Below are positions 1 to 9,335 of a stretch of 24,581 bases of DNA, in pieces. Under the pieces are notes generated by a model. That model made no database searches. It was not told where the DNA came from and saw only the letters and a list, made by a program, of their open reading frames with translations. The DNA is from Pseudomonadota bacterium (GTDB taxonomy: Bacteria > UBA10199 > 2-02-FULL-44-16 > JAAZCA01): the NCBI GenBank assembly GCA_043798915.1, contig JAZDOG010000059.1, forward strand, positions 1 to 24,581, in the 5' to 3' direction. Position numbers and translations under genes: made by a program. Each line of letters opens with the position of its first letter. Position 1 is the stretch's first letter.

Positions 1-1176
1 TTTATATTATTAGTATTTTTATCTATCACATTTTCCCTTTATGCCATGGAACTCCGTTGTGACGATAAAGGAAATGATTGCAGACTCATTGTGCCCAACA
101 GCGAAATAATACCTGTCTGGGAACATTCCTGCATGAAACATATAGCTGCAGGAGAAATCGATAAGGCCCGTGGTAATAAATGTGTTATCGAATGGCAGAA
201 AGTTAACAAAAAAGAAATTTCTTTGGATCCAAGCGAAGAACTTACGATTAAGGGAGCCCTTGCAACCGCAAAAGCAGCTATGGAGCAAGCGGGAAATTTA
301 TGGGGATGTAATCCGCCCATTGATCCAAATAATCCGGATTCATGCCGACCAAGCAGACAAAATCAAAATCTTGGAGAAGCAAAATTAAGCATGCTCGAAA
401 TTGGCTTAGATCCTCAAGCGCTGGTGCCAATTACGGATACTTTCGTATCCAGTAGCGACAAAGCAATTACAATAAGAGCAAAAACAGTACCAATCATCAA
501 TTGTGGTTCCAAAACTCCCCTTTGGACAATTTCATTTCCTGATATGAATATCAAAAAAGATATTCAAGAGAAAGATCTGTCAGTTGAGTTTCCAATTCCA
601 TTAAAACCCCAAGGCGACAGAGGCAATTCGCTGAGCATAAAACTCCAGGCAGGACTCAATTGTAACGATAACGATGAATACATAACGAAGATGTCAATCA
701 AGCAAGATGATCAGGATCTCCTCAGGCAAGAATACTTAGATATGAAGAAGTCCAGATTGCCACAGAGAAACGAACTGTCCAGTAATTGTATGAGCAAACA
801 TTTTTCCTTTGGCCAGTTCAATTCCTCTCGGAATATAGCCGGTTCAAAATACTCCTCTATTCTTTGCCTTATCTTTGATCGGCTTGAGCAAACAAGAGAG
901 GCAGCAGGAAATGCTGCTATGTCAATCAACAGCGGATATCGAAACCCGTATAAGAACGGCATTACAAAGGGGTCTGGCCGTGAGAGCATGCATATATATG
1001 GTATTGCAGCTGATATTCGACTTGCTGATTTTAATGGAGACGGGGTGGTGAACTTCAAAGATCGAGAACTGATGGTTGATGCAGCAAAGGCCAAGGGGGC
1101 ATGTATCGAACCAGATGATCGTACTCCAACTTGGATCCATATGGATTGGCGCGGAGTCTGTCCTGCAGGTTGGTAG
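1..1176 (+). CDS. Secreted protein with C-terminal peptidase M15 (D-Ala-D-Ala carboxypeptidase / M15A-like) Zn-metallopeptidase domain; 5'-partial
   Basis: Frame is open from base 1: FILLVFLSITFSLYA precedes the ATG at 46 and reads as a signal-peptide h-region ending in SLYA. C-terminal motifs INSGYR, SMHIYGIAAD (SxHxxGxAxD) and WIHMD match M15 Zn ligands H/D/H. The N-terminal ~250 aa are unrecognised. Confidence 0.8.
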   Translation, partial: FILLVFLSITFSLYAMELRCDDKGNDCRLIVPNSEIIPVWEHSCMKHIAAGEIDKARGNKCVIEWQKVNKKEISLDPSEELTIKGALATAKAAMEQAGNLWGCNPPIDPNNPDSCRPSRQNQNLGEAKLSMLEIGLDPQALVPITDTFVSSSDKAITIRAKTVPIINCGSKTPLWTISFPDMNIKKDIQEKDLSVEFPIPLKPQGDRGNSLSIKLQAGLNCNDNDEYITKMSIKQDDQDLLRQEYLDMKKSRLPQRNELSSNCMSKHFSFGQFNSSRNIAGSKYSSILCLIFDRLEQTREAAGNAAMSINSGYRNPYKNGITKGSGRESMHIYGIAADIRLADFNGDGVVNFKDRELMVDAAKAKGACIEPDDRTPTWIHMDWRGVCPAGW

Positions 1177-1189
1177 GAGGGTTAATACA

Positions 1190-1978
1190 ATGAAGCTACT
1201 ACGATGGATGGTTGTTTCCGTTTGTCTGATGGCTCTATGGTCGTGCAGAGGAAATTCGACTATTTTGCCGAAGGACGAAAAGAATGACGTATTAAAATCA
1301 TTGTCTTCAGAAAATTGGGTTGATCGTAATAAAGGTTTGATTACACTGTTAAGAAACGAAAATTCGGGTGAAAAGATAAACAGAGAAACAGCCGATGTAT
1401 TAGTCAGAATGCTCGATCGAGAAGTTGAGGAAAAAGGGAAATCGGGTGATAAAATAATAAACAAAGAAAATGATTCACATTCAAGTGGCTTGTATGGTGA
1501 TTATGTTACATCTCTTGCAACTGCTGTAGCTTCCAATAAAATTGAGGGGGGTCTCCCTGTTTTATTCAAGTTTCTTTTATCGACCTCATATACGATCAGC
1601 CCCGCCATTCTGACTGCCTATGGAGAGCCAGCTCTTGAGCTTTTGATTGATAGGATTGAGAATGGAAATAAAAATGAGAAGGAACTAGCGCTCCGTGTGT
1701 TGAGTATTTGGGTTGCCCCATCTTCAGATGCTGACGATTATGATGAGACTTCGATGCCACGGTTGACGAAACTTGAAATGCAGAAGGCAATGCCCATATT
1801 TTTGAAATTTGCAAAAGATCCTGTTGATGAAATTAGATACACGGCGATTTCGGGGCTGGGCCCCTTTCTTTACGACCCGAATATTTTGCAAGCGATGCAG
1901 ATTATTTCAACTTCGGATAGCGAAAAAGCAATACGTTCGAAGGCGAAGAGAATAATTGATGCATATCAGAAGAAATAG
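1190..1978 (+). CDS. Putative lipoprotein with HEAT/armadillo-like helical repeats (262 aa)
   Basis: ATG at 1190 with AGGAGG (1175-1180) overlapping the upstream stop. N-terminus MKLLRWMVVSVCLMALWSC has a lipobox-like LWSC. HEAT-like segments include ALELLIDRIENGNKNEKELALRVL, FLKFAKDPVDEIRYTAISGLG and DSEKAIRSKAKRII. Confidence 0.72.
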   Translation: MKLLRWMVVSVCLMALWSCRGNSTILPKDEKNDVLKSLSSENWVDRNKGLITLLRNENSGEKINRETADVLVRMLDREVEEKGKSGDKIINKENDSHSSGLYGDYVTSLATAVASNKIEGGLPVLFKFLLSTSYTISPAILTAYGEPALELLIDRIENGNKNEKELALRVLSIWVAPSSDADDYDETSMPRLTKLEMQKAMPIFLKFAKDPVDEIRYTAISGLGPFLYDPNILQAMQIISTSDSEKAIRSKAKRIIDAYQKK

Positions 1979-2007
1979 TCTTTGGCCAGCTGCATTGGCT
2001 CGGATCT

Positions 2008-2035
2008 TTGCGTAAGCTGCTTCCCCCAATATAAT
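2008..2035 (+). promoter_or_regulatory. Putative sigma70 promoter of hemC-hemD
   Basis: TTGCGT (2008-2013), 16 nt, TATAAT (2030-2035), about 60 nt upstream of the hemC ATG. Confidence 0.55.
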
Positions 2036-2093
2036 GGGAGCAAATCCTCTGGCTGGCATCGTGCTCGAGCGGCCGAAGGATAGGTTCACGAAA

Positions 2094-2978
2094 ATGAAGA
2101 TCATCATCGGCACCCGCGGTTCCAGCCTTGCTCTCGCCCAGGCGCGGTCAGTCGGCCGCATGCTTGAGGCGGCGGGCGCCCGAGTGGAAATCACCGAAAT
2201 AAAAACGTCCGGAGACAAAGCGTCTGCGCCGCTGGCGGAGCTCGGCGGCAAGGGCCTCTTCGTCAAGGAGATAGACGAGGCCCTGCTGAGTGGCAGGATC
2301 GACGTCGCCGTCCACAGCATGAAGGATGTGCCCGGCATAATGCCGGAGGGGATAGAGATCGCAGCGGTCCCTGAGAGGGAGGATGCCCGCGACGCCTTCG
2401 TTTCGAGGAAATCGGATTCCCTCTCGCTCCTGCCGATGGGCGCGCGCGTAGGGACGTCGAGCCCCAGGCGTCGGGCTCTGCTCCTCAAGATGCGGGGGGA
2501 TTTAGACGTCGTGCCGATGAGCGGCAACGTGGAGACGCGCCTCAAAAAGCTTGAGAAGGGCGAGGCGGACGCGGTGATACTCGCAGTCGCCGGGCTCCGG
2601 AGGCTTGAGGCAGGCAAGGAGATAACCGAGATTCTGCCGGTGGGCAGGATGATCCCCGCCATAGGGCAGGGGGCGCTCGCCGTGGAGGCGAGGAGTTCGG
2701 ATCGAGCGGTCATCGACTTCGTTCACAAGGCGTGCCACCACGCCGCGAGCGGGATTATAACACTTGCCGAGCGCAGCCTTCTCAAGGCGGTCGGAGGAGA
2801 TTGCTATACGCCGCTGGCCGGTTACGCCGAGATCCGCCCGTCCGGGCTCCACCTCGTTGGCTTTCTGGCGACGAAGGACGGGAGGCGCTCCATCGTCGAT
2901 TGCGAGGATGGCCCGCTTGAGAATGCGGCCGGGATCGGCAGAAGGCTGGGAGAGCGAATGCTGAAAGCTATCTCATAA
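2094..2978 (+). CDS. hemC: Hydroxymethylbilane synthase (porphobilinogen deaminase)
   Basis: IIIGTRGSSLALAQA, GGKGLFVKEI, AVHSMKDVP, VGTSSPRR, GNVETRL, PAIGQGAL and the cofactor Cys in GGDCYTP. Start taken at ATG 2094 (MKIIIGTR), after a purine-rich GAAGGATAGG. Confidence 0.97.
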   Translation: MKIIIGTRGSSLALAQARSVGRMLEAAGARVEITEIKTSGDKASAPLAELGGKGLFVKEIDEALLSGRIDVAVHSMKDVPGIMPEGIEIAAVPEREDARDAFVSRKSDSLSLLPMGARVGTSSPRRRALLLKMRGDLDVVPMSGNVETRLKKLEKGEADAVILAVAGLRRLEAGKEITEILPVGRMIPAIGQGALAVEARSSDRAVIDFVHKACHHAASGIITLAERSLLKAVGGDCYTPLAGYAEIRPSGLHLVGFLATKDGRRSIVDCEDGPLENAAGIGRRLGERMLKAIS

Positions 2979-2980
2979 AT

Positions 2981-3074
2981 TCCCCTCCCCTTTGTAAGGG
3001 GAGGGATAGGGTGGGGTAGATACTGAACGAAATCAGGATCTACCTCCCCCAGCCCCTCCTTACAAAGGAGGGGA
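2981..3074. repeat. REP-like palindromic intergenic element, copy 1
   Basis: Two inverted ~40-nt arms, TCCCCTCCCCTTTGTAAGGGGAGGGATAGGGTGGGGTAGAT and ATCTACCTCCCCCAGCCCCTCCTTACAAAGGAGGGGA. Each arm is itself a hairpin. A second copy lies at 7020-7099. Confidence 0.9.
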
Positions 3075-3091
3075 GTATTGAAAACGGCCAT

Positions 3092-3811
3092 ATGTATCCA
3101 TCATTCGCACATCTCAAAGGAAGGCGCGTCCTCGTGACGCGGGGCCAGGGGCAGGCCTGGCGCGAGGTCGCTGCGCTCGAAGGGGCCGGGGCGATTCCGA
3201 TCCACATCCCGCTCATAGAGATATGCGCTCCATCCGACGGCTATGCGGCGCTCGACTCCGCAATCGCCGGCATCGATTTATATGCGTGGATCGCCTTCAC
3301 GAGCGCGAACGGGGTTGTCGCTTTTTTTTCGCGCCTCGAAGGGCGCTCAGTTCCATCCGGAGCGAAGCTGGCCGCTGTCGGTCCGGCCACCGCGACGGCG
3401 ATCGAAGAAAGCGGAGCAAAGGTCGCCGTCGTGCCGCGGGAGCATAGTTCATCCGGCCTCCTTGAGGAGATGCTGCGGCTCGTTCGGAAGGGCGATCGCG
3501 TCCTCTTTCCGCGCGCGCTGGAGGGGAGGGAACTCCTTGCGGATGGCCTGCGGGCGAAGGGCGCGCGCGTCGACGTCGTCGAGGCGTATCGCACCACTCT
3601 TCCAGCCGATGCCGGACGCCTCACATTGCTCATCGCGGAGCGAGGTATCGATGCTGCAATCTTCGCGAGCCCATCAGCCGTGGAAAATTTTGTGCAGATC
3701 GTCGGAACCGAGAGGGCAAGGGGCTTTGCGAAAAATGCCGAACTGATTCCGATTGGAGAGGTCACAGCAGAGACAATAAAGAGGCTGCTTATTCCGCCCC
3801 GCCCGGTTTGA
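3092..3811 (+). CDS. hemD: Uroporphyrinogen-III synthase
   Basis: LKGRRVLVTR, WIAFTSANGV, AAVGPATA, VLFPRA, VEAYRT, FASPSAV and IGEVTA motifs; directly downstream of hemC. Confidence 0.93.
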   Translation: MYPSFAHLKGRRVLVTRGQGQAWREVAALEGAGAIPIHIPLIEICAPSDGYAALDSAIAGIDLYAWIAFTSANGVVAFFSRLEGRSVPSGAKLAAVGPATATAIEESGAKVAVVPREHSSSGLLEEMLRLVRKGDRVLFPRALEGRELLADGLRAKGARVDVVEAYRTTLPADAGRLTLLIAERGIDAAIFASPSAVENFVQIVGTERARGFAKNAELIPIGEVTAETIKRLLIPPRPV

Positions 3812-4571
3812 TCGTGATGACTCCGGTTCCCTCGATCTCCGCGGAGCCGAGCGGCGGGTCGGGGATGATCTCCTTGTTGATGACGAAGCGGGTCGTCTTC
3901 TCCTCCGTCCCCATGTCGGCGATTATGTCGCGCAGCGGCGGCCTCGCCTTGTCCATCGCCTTTGTAAGCCATGTTTCGGGCGAGCCGCGCGTGTCGAACT
4001 TTGCATTCGGCGCGTCGGTGAACGTGCACTTCGATTGCCAGTCCTCGGTGATGGCGCGCTTGAAGACGAGCTTCATGCTTCCCTTCTGCTCGTTGGAGCG
4101 ACGAAACGTCAACTCGAACGGCACCTTGGGGACCGTGATCTCGAGCTTGCACTCGCCGGTCGGCCACTTTGAGAGCGGGCCGGCGACCTCGGCGTTGAAC
4201 TCCGCGTCACCGTGTATGACGGCCGTCTCAGCGTTGGCTTGTCCCTTGACCTCCCACCGGTATTTGACGGTGAAGTTGCTAGCCTCCTCGTTGAAGACGT
4301 AGTTCACGATCACCGCGCCGGTTATGGTGACGTTCCAACGCGTTTCTCCCTCGCGGGGCGCTCCGCCCTCCACTCGTTCTCCGGCCGGCGTCACCGGGAA
4401 CCGCTCGCCGCCGGGAGGCGGAAGCTGCGGAATGATCTCCTCGTCGCCCGGTTCTTCGGTGATCGTGTTGTCGACATCATCCTGCGCAAATGCGGATTTG
4501 AGCGTCCATGCAGACACAAAAAGGAAGGTCAGGGCCAGCGGGAAAACGAATGTAAAAAGTTTTTTCCTCAT
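3789..4571 (-). CDS. Hypothetical secreted protein (260 aa), beta-rich, with acidic/Pro-rich N-terminal linker
   Basis: Sec signal MRKKLFTFVFPLALTFLFVSAWTLKSAFA|QDD; alternating beta-strand patterns; two Cys; converges on hemD with a 23-nt overlap. Confidence 0.75.
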   Translation of the reverse strand: MRKKLFTFVFPLALTFLFVSAWTLKSAFAQDDVDNTITEEPGDEEIIPQLPPPGGERFPVTPAGERVEGGAPREGETRWNVTITGAVIVNYVFNEEASNFTVKYRWEVKGQANAETAVIHGDAEFNAEVAGPLSKWPTGECKLEITVPKVPFELTFRRSNEQKGSMKLVFKRAITEDWQSKCTFTDAPNAKFDTRGSPETWLTKAMDKARPPLRDIIADMGTEEKTTRFVINKEIIPDPPLGSAEIEGTGVITIKPGGAE

Positions 4572-4636
4572 GATCTCAGCTCATTCTATTTAAATCGCGG
4601 CAATCCTCAAGGTAAATTCGGATTTCCAACTTTGGG

Positions 4637-4665
4637 TTGCATATGAAGAAAAGCTGGACTATAGT
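4637..4665 (+). promoter_or_regulatory. Putative sigma70 promoter of the pur operon
   Basis: TTGCAT (4637-4642), 17 nt, TATAGT (4660-4665); SD AGGAGG at 4760-4765 before the purB ATG. Confidence 0.65.
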
Positions 4666-4773
4666 CCCCGCCCTGAAGGATTCCGAAAATAAAGCAATAA
4701 TTTCAGCTAGTTATATTCATCGGCTGGTTTCGGCATTCGTGTTTTCAGGACAGGTTTTCAGGAGGTTCATTTT

Positions 4774-6066
4774 ATGATCGGACGTTATTCGAGGCCGGAG
4801 ATGGCTGCGGTGTGGAGCGATTCGGCAAAGTTCGACACGTGGCTTCAAGTCGAGCTCGCCGTATGCGGAGAGCTCGCAGCGCGCGGCGTCGTACCCCAAG
4901 AGGCGGCCGCGACGATAAAAAGGAAGGCCGCCTACGACATCGGGCGCATCGAGGCCATCGAGGCGGAGGTCGCGCACGATGTGATCGCGTTTCTCACTTC
5001 CGTCGCGGAGAAGGTCGGGCCCGATTCGCGATACATACACATGGGGATGACCTCCTCCGATCTCGTCGACACCGCATTCGCGCTGCAGCTCAAGAAAGCG
5101 GCCGGGATGATAGCGAAGGACATCTCGAAGCTGCTCGATGTTATTCAAAAGAGAGCGCTCGAGCACAAGCGGACGCCGATGATCGGGCGTTCGCATGGAA
5201 TCCACGCGGAGCCGATCACTCTGGGTCTCAAATTCGCGGTGTGGCACTCGGAGTTCTCCCGCCACGCGAAGAGGCTCGAAGATGCTGCGGCCGGCGTCGC
5301 TGTTGGAAAGATGTCTGGCGCGGTCGGGACGTACGCCCACATCGACCCTTCGGTCGAGCGGGATGTCTGCAGGGCGCTGGGGCTTGAAGCCGATCTCGCG
5401 TCGACGCAGATCGTCCAGCGCGACAGGCATGCGCATTTCTTTGCGGTCCTGGCCGGCATCGCCGCGTCGGTCGAGAAGGTGGCTGTGGAGATCAGACATC
5501 TGCAGCGCACGGAGGTCGGCGAGGCGGCGGAGGCATTCGGCAAGGGGCAGAAGGGTTCGAGCGCGATGCCGCACAAGAGGAACCCGATCTTGAGCGAAAA
5601 CTTGAGCGGGCTCTCGCGCGTCGTGCGCGCGAATGCGATGGCGGCGTTTGAGGACGTGGCCCTCTGGCACGAGCGCGATATCTCGCATTCATCCGTGGAG
5701 AGGATCATCGCGCCCGACTCGACGATCCTCGTGGATTTCATGCTCGCCAGGATGGCGCGCGTGCTCGACGGGCTGGAAATTTTTCCCGAGAGGATGCGCG
5801 CTAATCTGGAGATGACGCGCGGCCTCTACAACTCGCAGGAGGTCATGCTCGCGCTCGCGCGCGCCGGGGCGACGCGGGAGGATGCCTACAGGATCGTTCA
5901 GGACGCGGCTACGCGCTCATGGCGGGAGGGAAAATCGTTTTACGACCTGCTCGCTGAGGAGAAGGACGTGGTCTCCAGGGTCCCGGCGGCGGAGCTCAAG
6001 AAGATATTCGACGTCGAGCTGCACCTGAAACATGTGGACGAGATATTCAAAAGGGTGTTCAAGTAA
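4774..6066 (+). CDS. purB: Adenylosuccinate lyase
   Basis: MIGRYSRPEM, HDVIAFL, HMGMTSSD, GRSHGIHAEP, the GSSAMPHKRNP signature and WHERDISHSSVERII. Confidence 0.98.
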   Translation: MIGRYSRPEMAAVWSDSAKFDTWLQVELAVCGELAARGVVPQEAAATIKRKAAYDIGRIEAIEAEVAHDVIAFLTSVAEKVGPDSRYIHMGMTSSDLVDTAFALQLKKAAGMIAKDISKLLDVIQKRALEHKRTPMIGRSHGIHAEPITLGLKFAVWHSEFSRHAKRLEDAAAGVAVGKMSGAVGTYAHIDPSVERDVCRALGLEADLASTQIVQRDRHAHFFAVLAGIAASVEKVAVEIRHLQRTEVGEAAEAFGKGQKGSSAMPHKRNPILSENLSGLSRVVRANAMAAFEDVALWHERDISHSSVERIIAPDSTILVDFMLARMARVLDGLEIFPERMRANLEMTRGLYNSQEVMLALARAGATREDAYRIVQDAATRSWREGKSFYDLLAEEKDVVSRVPAAELKKIFDVELHLKHVDEIFKRVFK

Positions 6067-6082
6067 ATTTGAGGAGAGCCCC

Positions 6083-6319
6083 ATGCTTGCAAAAGTCTAC
6101 GTGACATTGAAGAAGGGCGTCCACGATCCCCAGGGCGAAGCGGTCAGACACACGCTCGCCGCGATGGGGCACAAGGAGATCAAGGGCGTCCGCATCGGGA
6201 AATATATAGAGGTAAACATGGATGGAGAGGACCGAAAGGCTGCAGAGGCGAAGATCAAAGAAATCTGCGAAAAGCTTCTGGCCAACACGGTCATCGAGAG
6301 CTACAGGTTTGAAATCTAA
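6083..6319 (+). CDS. purS: Phosphoribosylformylglycinamidine synthase subunit PurS (78 aa)
   Basis: GAGGAG SD then ATG 6083; VTLKKGVHDPQG, VRIGKYIE, CEKLLANTVIESY. Confidence 0.97.
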   Translation: MLAKVYVTLKKGVHDPQGEAVRHTLAAMGHKEIKGVRIGKYIEVNMDGEDRKAAEAKIKEICEKLLANTVIESYRFEI

Positions 6320-6328
6320 TACGCCAAT

Positions 6329-7018
6329 ATGAAATTCGGAATCATAGTGTTTCCGGGCAGCAACTGCGATCACGACTGTTTTCACGCCGTGACTGAAGTG
6401 CTCCACCAAGAGGCGGAGTTTCTCTGGCATAAGGAGAAAGGCCTCAAGGGGTCGGACTGTCTGATCCTCCCCGGCGGCTTCTCCTACGGCGATTATCTGC
6501 GCTCCGGAGCGATGGCCGCGTGCTCGCCGATCATGGATTCGGTGAAGGAGTTCGCGGCGGGCGGCGGGAGGGTCTTAGGGATCTGCAACGGCTTCCAGAT
6601 ACTGCAGGAGGCGGGGCTGCTCCCCGGCGCGCTGATGAGAAACAGCTCGCTCAAATTCATCTGCCGCGACCTCCATGTCAGGGTGGAGCGCACCGACACC
6701 CCGTTCACTTCGGCATGCCGCGACGGAGAGGTGATGAGCATCCCGGTCGCGCATATGGACGGCAATTTCTTCATGGAGCGGCGGCAACTCGACGCGCTCG
6801 AGAAGTCGCGCCAGGTGCTCTTCCGATATTGCGACTCCGGCGGCGATGTTAACGATGAATCGAACCCGAACGGCTCGCTCGGCGCTGTGGCCGGCCTGAT
6901 GAACGCCAAGGGAAACGTCCTGGGGCTCATGCCGCACCCCGAGCGCTGCAGCGAATCCATATTGGGCAACAGGGGTGGGATCAAGATATTGGAGTCGATT
7001 GTAAAAACTTTAAAATAG
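6329..7018 (+). CDS. purQ: Phosphoribosylformylglycinamidine synthase glutaminase subunit PurQ
   Basis: [28 protein letters not shown] (catalytic Cys), NPNGS and GLMPHPER. Confidence 0.98.
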   Translation: MKFGIIVFPGSNCDHDCFHAVTEVLHQEAEFLWHKEKGLKGSDCLILPGGFSYGDYLRSGAMAACSPIMDSVKEFAAGGGRVLGICNGFQILQEAGLLPGALMRNSSLKFICRDLHVRVERTDTPFTSACRDGEVMSIPVAHMDGNFFMERRQLDALEKSRQVLFRYCDSGGDVNDESNPNGSLGAVAGLMNAKGNVLGLMPHPERCSESILGNRGGIKILESIVKTLK

Positions 7019-7019
7019 A

Positions 7020-7099
7020 CCCCTCCCCTTTGTAAGGGGAGGATGGGAGGGGTAGATCATGATCTACCTCCCCCTGCCCCTCCTTACAAAGGAGGGGGG
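7020..7099. repeat. REP-like palindromic intergenic element, copy 2
   Basis: CCCCTCCCCTTTGTAAGGGGAGGATGGGAGGGGTAGATC-AT-GATCTACCTCCCCCTGCCCCTCCTTACAAAGGAGGGGGG; same arms as 2981-3074 with a shorter central spacer. Confidence 0.9.
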
Positions 7100-7109
7100 A
7101 AATGGTCAT

Positions 7110-9329
7110 ATGCAACAGGACACGAAAATAACGCCGGAGATGGTCGAGGAGCACGGGTTTTCGCCCGACGAGTACCGCCGCGTCGTGGATGTGCTCGGCC
7201 GCGAGCCGAATATCACGGAGCTCGGCATCTTCTCGGTGATGTGGTCCGAGCACTGCTCCTACAAGAGCTCGCGCATCTATCTCAGGACATTCCCCACGAA
7301 GGGGCCAAGGGTCCTCCAGGGGCCAGGCGAGAACGCAGGCATCATCGACATCGGCGATGGACAGGCGGTCTGCTTTAAGATGGAGAGCCACAACCATCCG
7401 TCGTTCATCGAGCCCTATCAGGGTGCGGCCACCGGCGTGGGCGGGATATTGCGCGATATCTTCACGATGGGCGCGCGCCCCATCGCCAACATGAACAGCC
7501 TGCGCTTCGGCGCGCCCGAGCACCCGCGGACTCCGCTCCTCATGCGCGGGGTCGTCGCGGGAATTGGCGGCTACGGCAACACGATGGGGATTCCGACGGT
7601 GGGCGGCGAGACATCCTTCGACGAATGCTACAACGGCAACATCCTCGTCAACGCCTTCACGTTGGGGCTGATGGACTCGCGGCGGATCTTCCTGGGCAAG
7701 GCATCGGGCGTTGGAAACCCGGTGATATATGTCGGCTCCAAGACCGGCCGCGACGGCATCCACGGCGCTACGATGGCATCTGACGTCTTCGGCGAGGGCG
7801 GCGAAGAGCGGCGACCGACGGTGCAGGTGGGCGATCCATTCACGGAAAAGCTCCTCCTCGAGGCGTGCCTCGAACTCATGGCGACCGACGCGATCGTCGG
7901 CATCCAGGACATGGGTGCGGCCGGCCTCACGTGTTCCTCGTTCGAGATGGCGGACCGCGCCGGCTCCGGCATGGAGCTCGACCTCGACCGCGTGCCCAAG
8001 CGCGCTGATGGGATGACCCCATACGAGATCATGCTCTCCGAATCCCAGGAGCGGATGCTCATCGTCGCGAAGCAGGGGCGCGAGGCGGAGGTGCGGCGCA
8101 TATTTGAAAAGTGGGATCTCGATTGCGCCGTCGTGGGCAAGGTGACCGACGACGGTCGCGTCAGAATATTTCACGAGGGGAAAAAGGTGGCGGAGATCCC
8201 GGTTGCGCCGATCGTGCACGAATGCCCGATCTATGAACGGCCGCTGACCGAGCCGGTCTGGCTCGATGAGGCGCAGAGGCTCGATGTGGACGCGCTCCCT
8301 ATCCCCGCCGATTTAAACGGCGTCCTCATGAAACTCATGAGCTCTCCGAACCTCGCGTGCAAGAGATGGGTGTGGGAGCAGTACGACCACATGGTGATGA
8401 CCAACACCGTCTGCACGCCGGGCTCCGATGCTGCGATTTTGAGGATCAAGGGGACGAAAAAGGGGATAGCGATCTCGACCGACTGCAACAGCCGCTACTG
8501 CTATCTAGACCCATACGCCGGCGCGGCGCTGGCCGTGGCCGAGGCCGCGAGAAACGTCTCGTGCGCCGGCGCCATGCCGCTTGCGATCACCGATTGTCTC
8601 AATTTTGGGAATCCCGAGAAGCCGGAGATAATGTGGCAGTTCAAACAGGCGGTGGCGGGGATATCGGACGCCTGCCGCGCATTTTCTACCCCGGTGACCG
8701 GCGGCAACGTGAGTTTCTATAATGAGACGAAGGGCGATGCCATATACCCAACGCCCACGATCGGGATGGTGGGTTTGATCGACGATGTCGAAGCGCGCTG
8801 CACGCAGTGGTGGAAGGGCGAGGGGGACATCATCATCCTGTTGGGCAAAAACGAGCTGGAGTTGGGCGGCAGCGAATATTTAAAGCAGATACACGGCAAG
8901 GTTGCGGGCCGGCCGCCCGCGCTCGACTTCGATCGCGAGAAGGCGGTCCAGGGCGCATGCCGCGCCGGCATCGGCCGCGGGATAGTCAGACAGGCGCACG
9001 ACATCTCCGACGGCGGCATCGCCGTCGCGCTCGCGGAGTGCTCGATCACGCGGCCCGAGGGGATACTCGGCGCCAGGGTGGTCCTGGACGAGGGCCTCCG
9101 GCCTGACGCGCTCCTCTTCGGAGAGAGCGCCTCGCGCATCATCGTCTCGGTCCTGCCGAAGGACGTCGACAAGATGATTGAGATCTCGCGCGAGCTGGGT
9201 GCGCCGGCGAAGGTGATAGGCGAGGTCGGCGGCAGGGACCTCGTGATCGGCGACGTGCTCAAGGCCGATCTCGCCGACATCCACACGCGGTGGCAGGGTG
9301 CAATTCCTAAGATGCTGGGAGAAAAATAG
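7110..9329 (+). CDS. purL: Phosphoribosylformylglycinamidine synthase subunit PurL (small type, 739 aa)
   Basis: [57 protein letters not shown] and HDISDGG. Start at ATG 7110; the ORF-track extension from 7059 is translation of the repeat. Confidence 0.98.
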   Translation: MQQDTKITPEMVEEHGFSPDEYRRVVDVLGREPNITELGIFSVMWSEHCSYKSSRIYLRTFPTKGPRVLQGPGENAGIIDIGDGQAVCFKMESHNHPSFIEPYQGAATGVGGILRDIFTMGARPIANMNSLRFGAPEHPRTPLLMRGVVAGIGGYGNTMGIPTVGGETSFDECYNGNILVNAFTLGLMDSRRIFLGKASGVGNPVIYVGSKTGRDGIHGATMASDVFGEGGEERRPTVQVGDPFTEKLLLEACLELMATDAIVGIQDMGAAGLTCSSFEMADRAGSGMELDLDRVPKRADGMTPYEIMLSESQERMLIVAKQGREAEVRRIFEKWDLDCAVVGKVTDDGRVRIFHEGKKVAEIPVAPIVHECPIYERPLTEPVWLDEAQRLDVDALPIPADLNGVLMKLMSSPNLACKRWVWEQYDHMVMTNTVCTPGSDAAILRIKGTKKGIAISTDCNSRYCYLDPYAGAALAVAEAARNVSCAGAMPLAITDCLNFGNPEKPEIMWQFKQAVAGISDACRAFSTPVTGGNVSFYNETKGDAIYPTPTIGMVGLIDDVEARCTQWWKGEGDIIILLGKNELELGGSEYLKQIHGKVAGRPPALDFDREKAVQGACRAGIGRGIVRQAHDISDGGIAVALAECSITRPEGILGARVVLDEGLRPDALLFGESASRIIVSVLPKDVDKMIEISRELGAPAKVIGEVGGRDLVIGDVLKADLADIHTRWQGAIPKMLGEK

Positions 9330-9335
9330 AAAATC

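Noticed and set aside
1076..1189. ORF-track N-terminal extension of the lipoprotein
   Set aside because: It overlaps the peptidase gene; the SD and lipoprotein signal point to ATG 1190.
4666..4773. Known purine, ZTP or PRPP (ykkC-type) riboswitch in the pur leader
   Set aside because: I could not find their conserved core sequences by eye; kept only as an unassigned structured leader.
7059..7109. N-terminal extension [17 protein letters not shown] on PurL, and ORF 2822-3091
   Set aside because: These are translations of the palindromic repeat, not conserved protein sequence.
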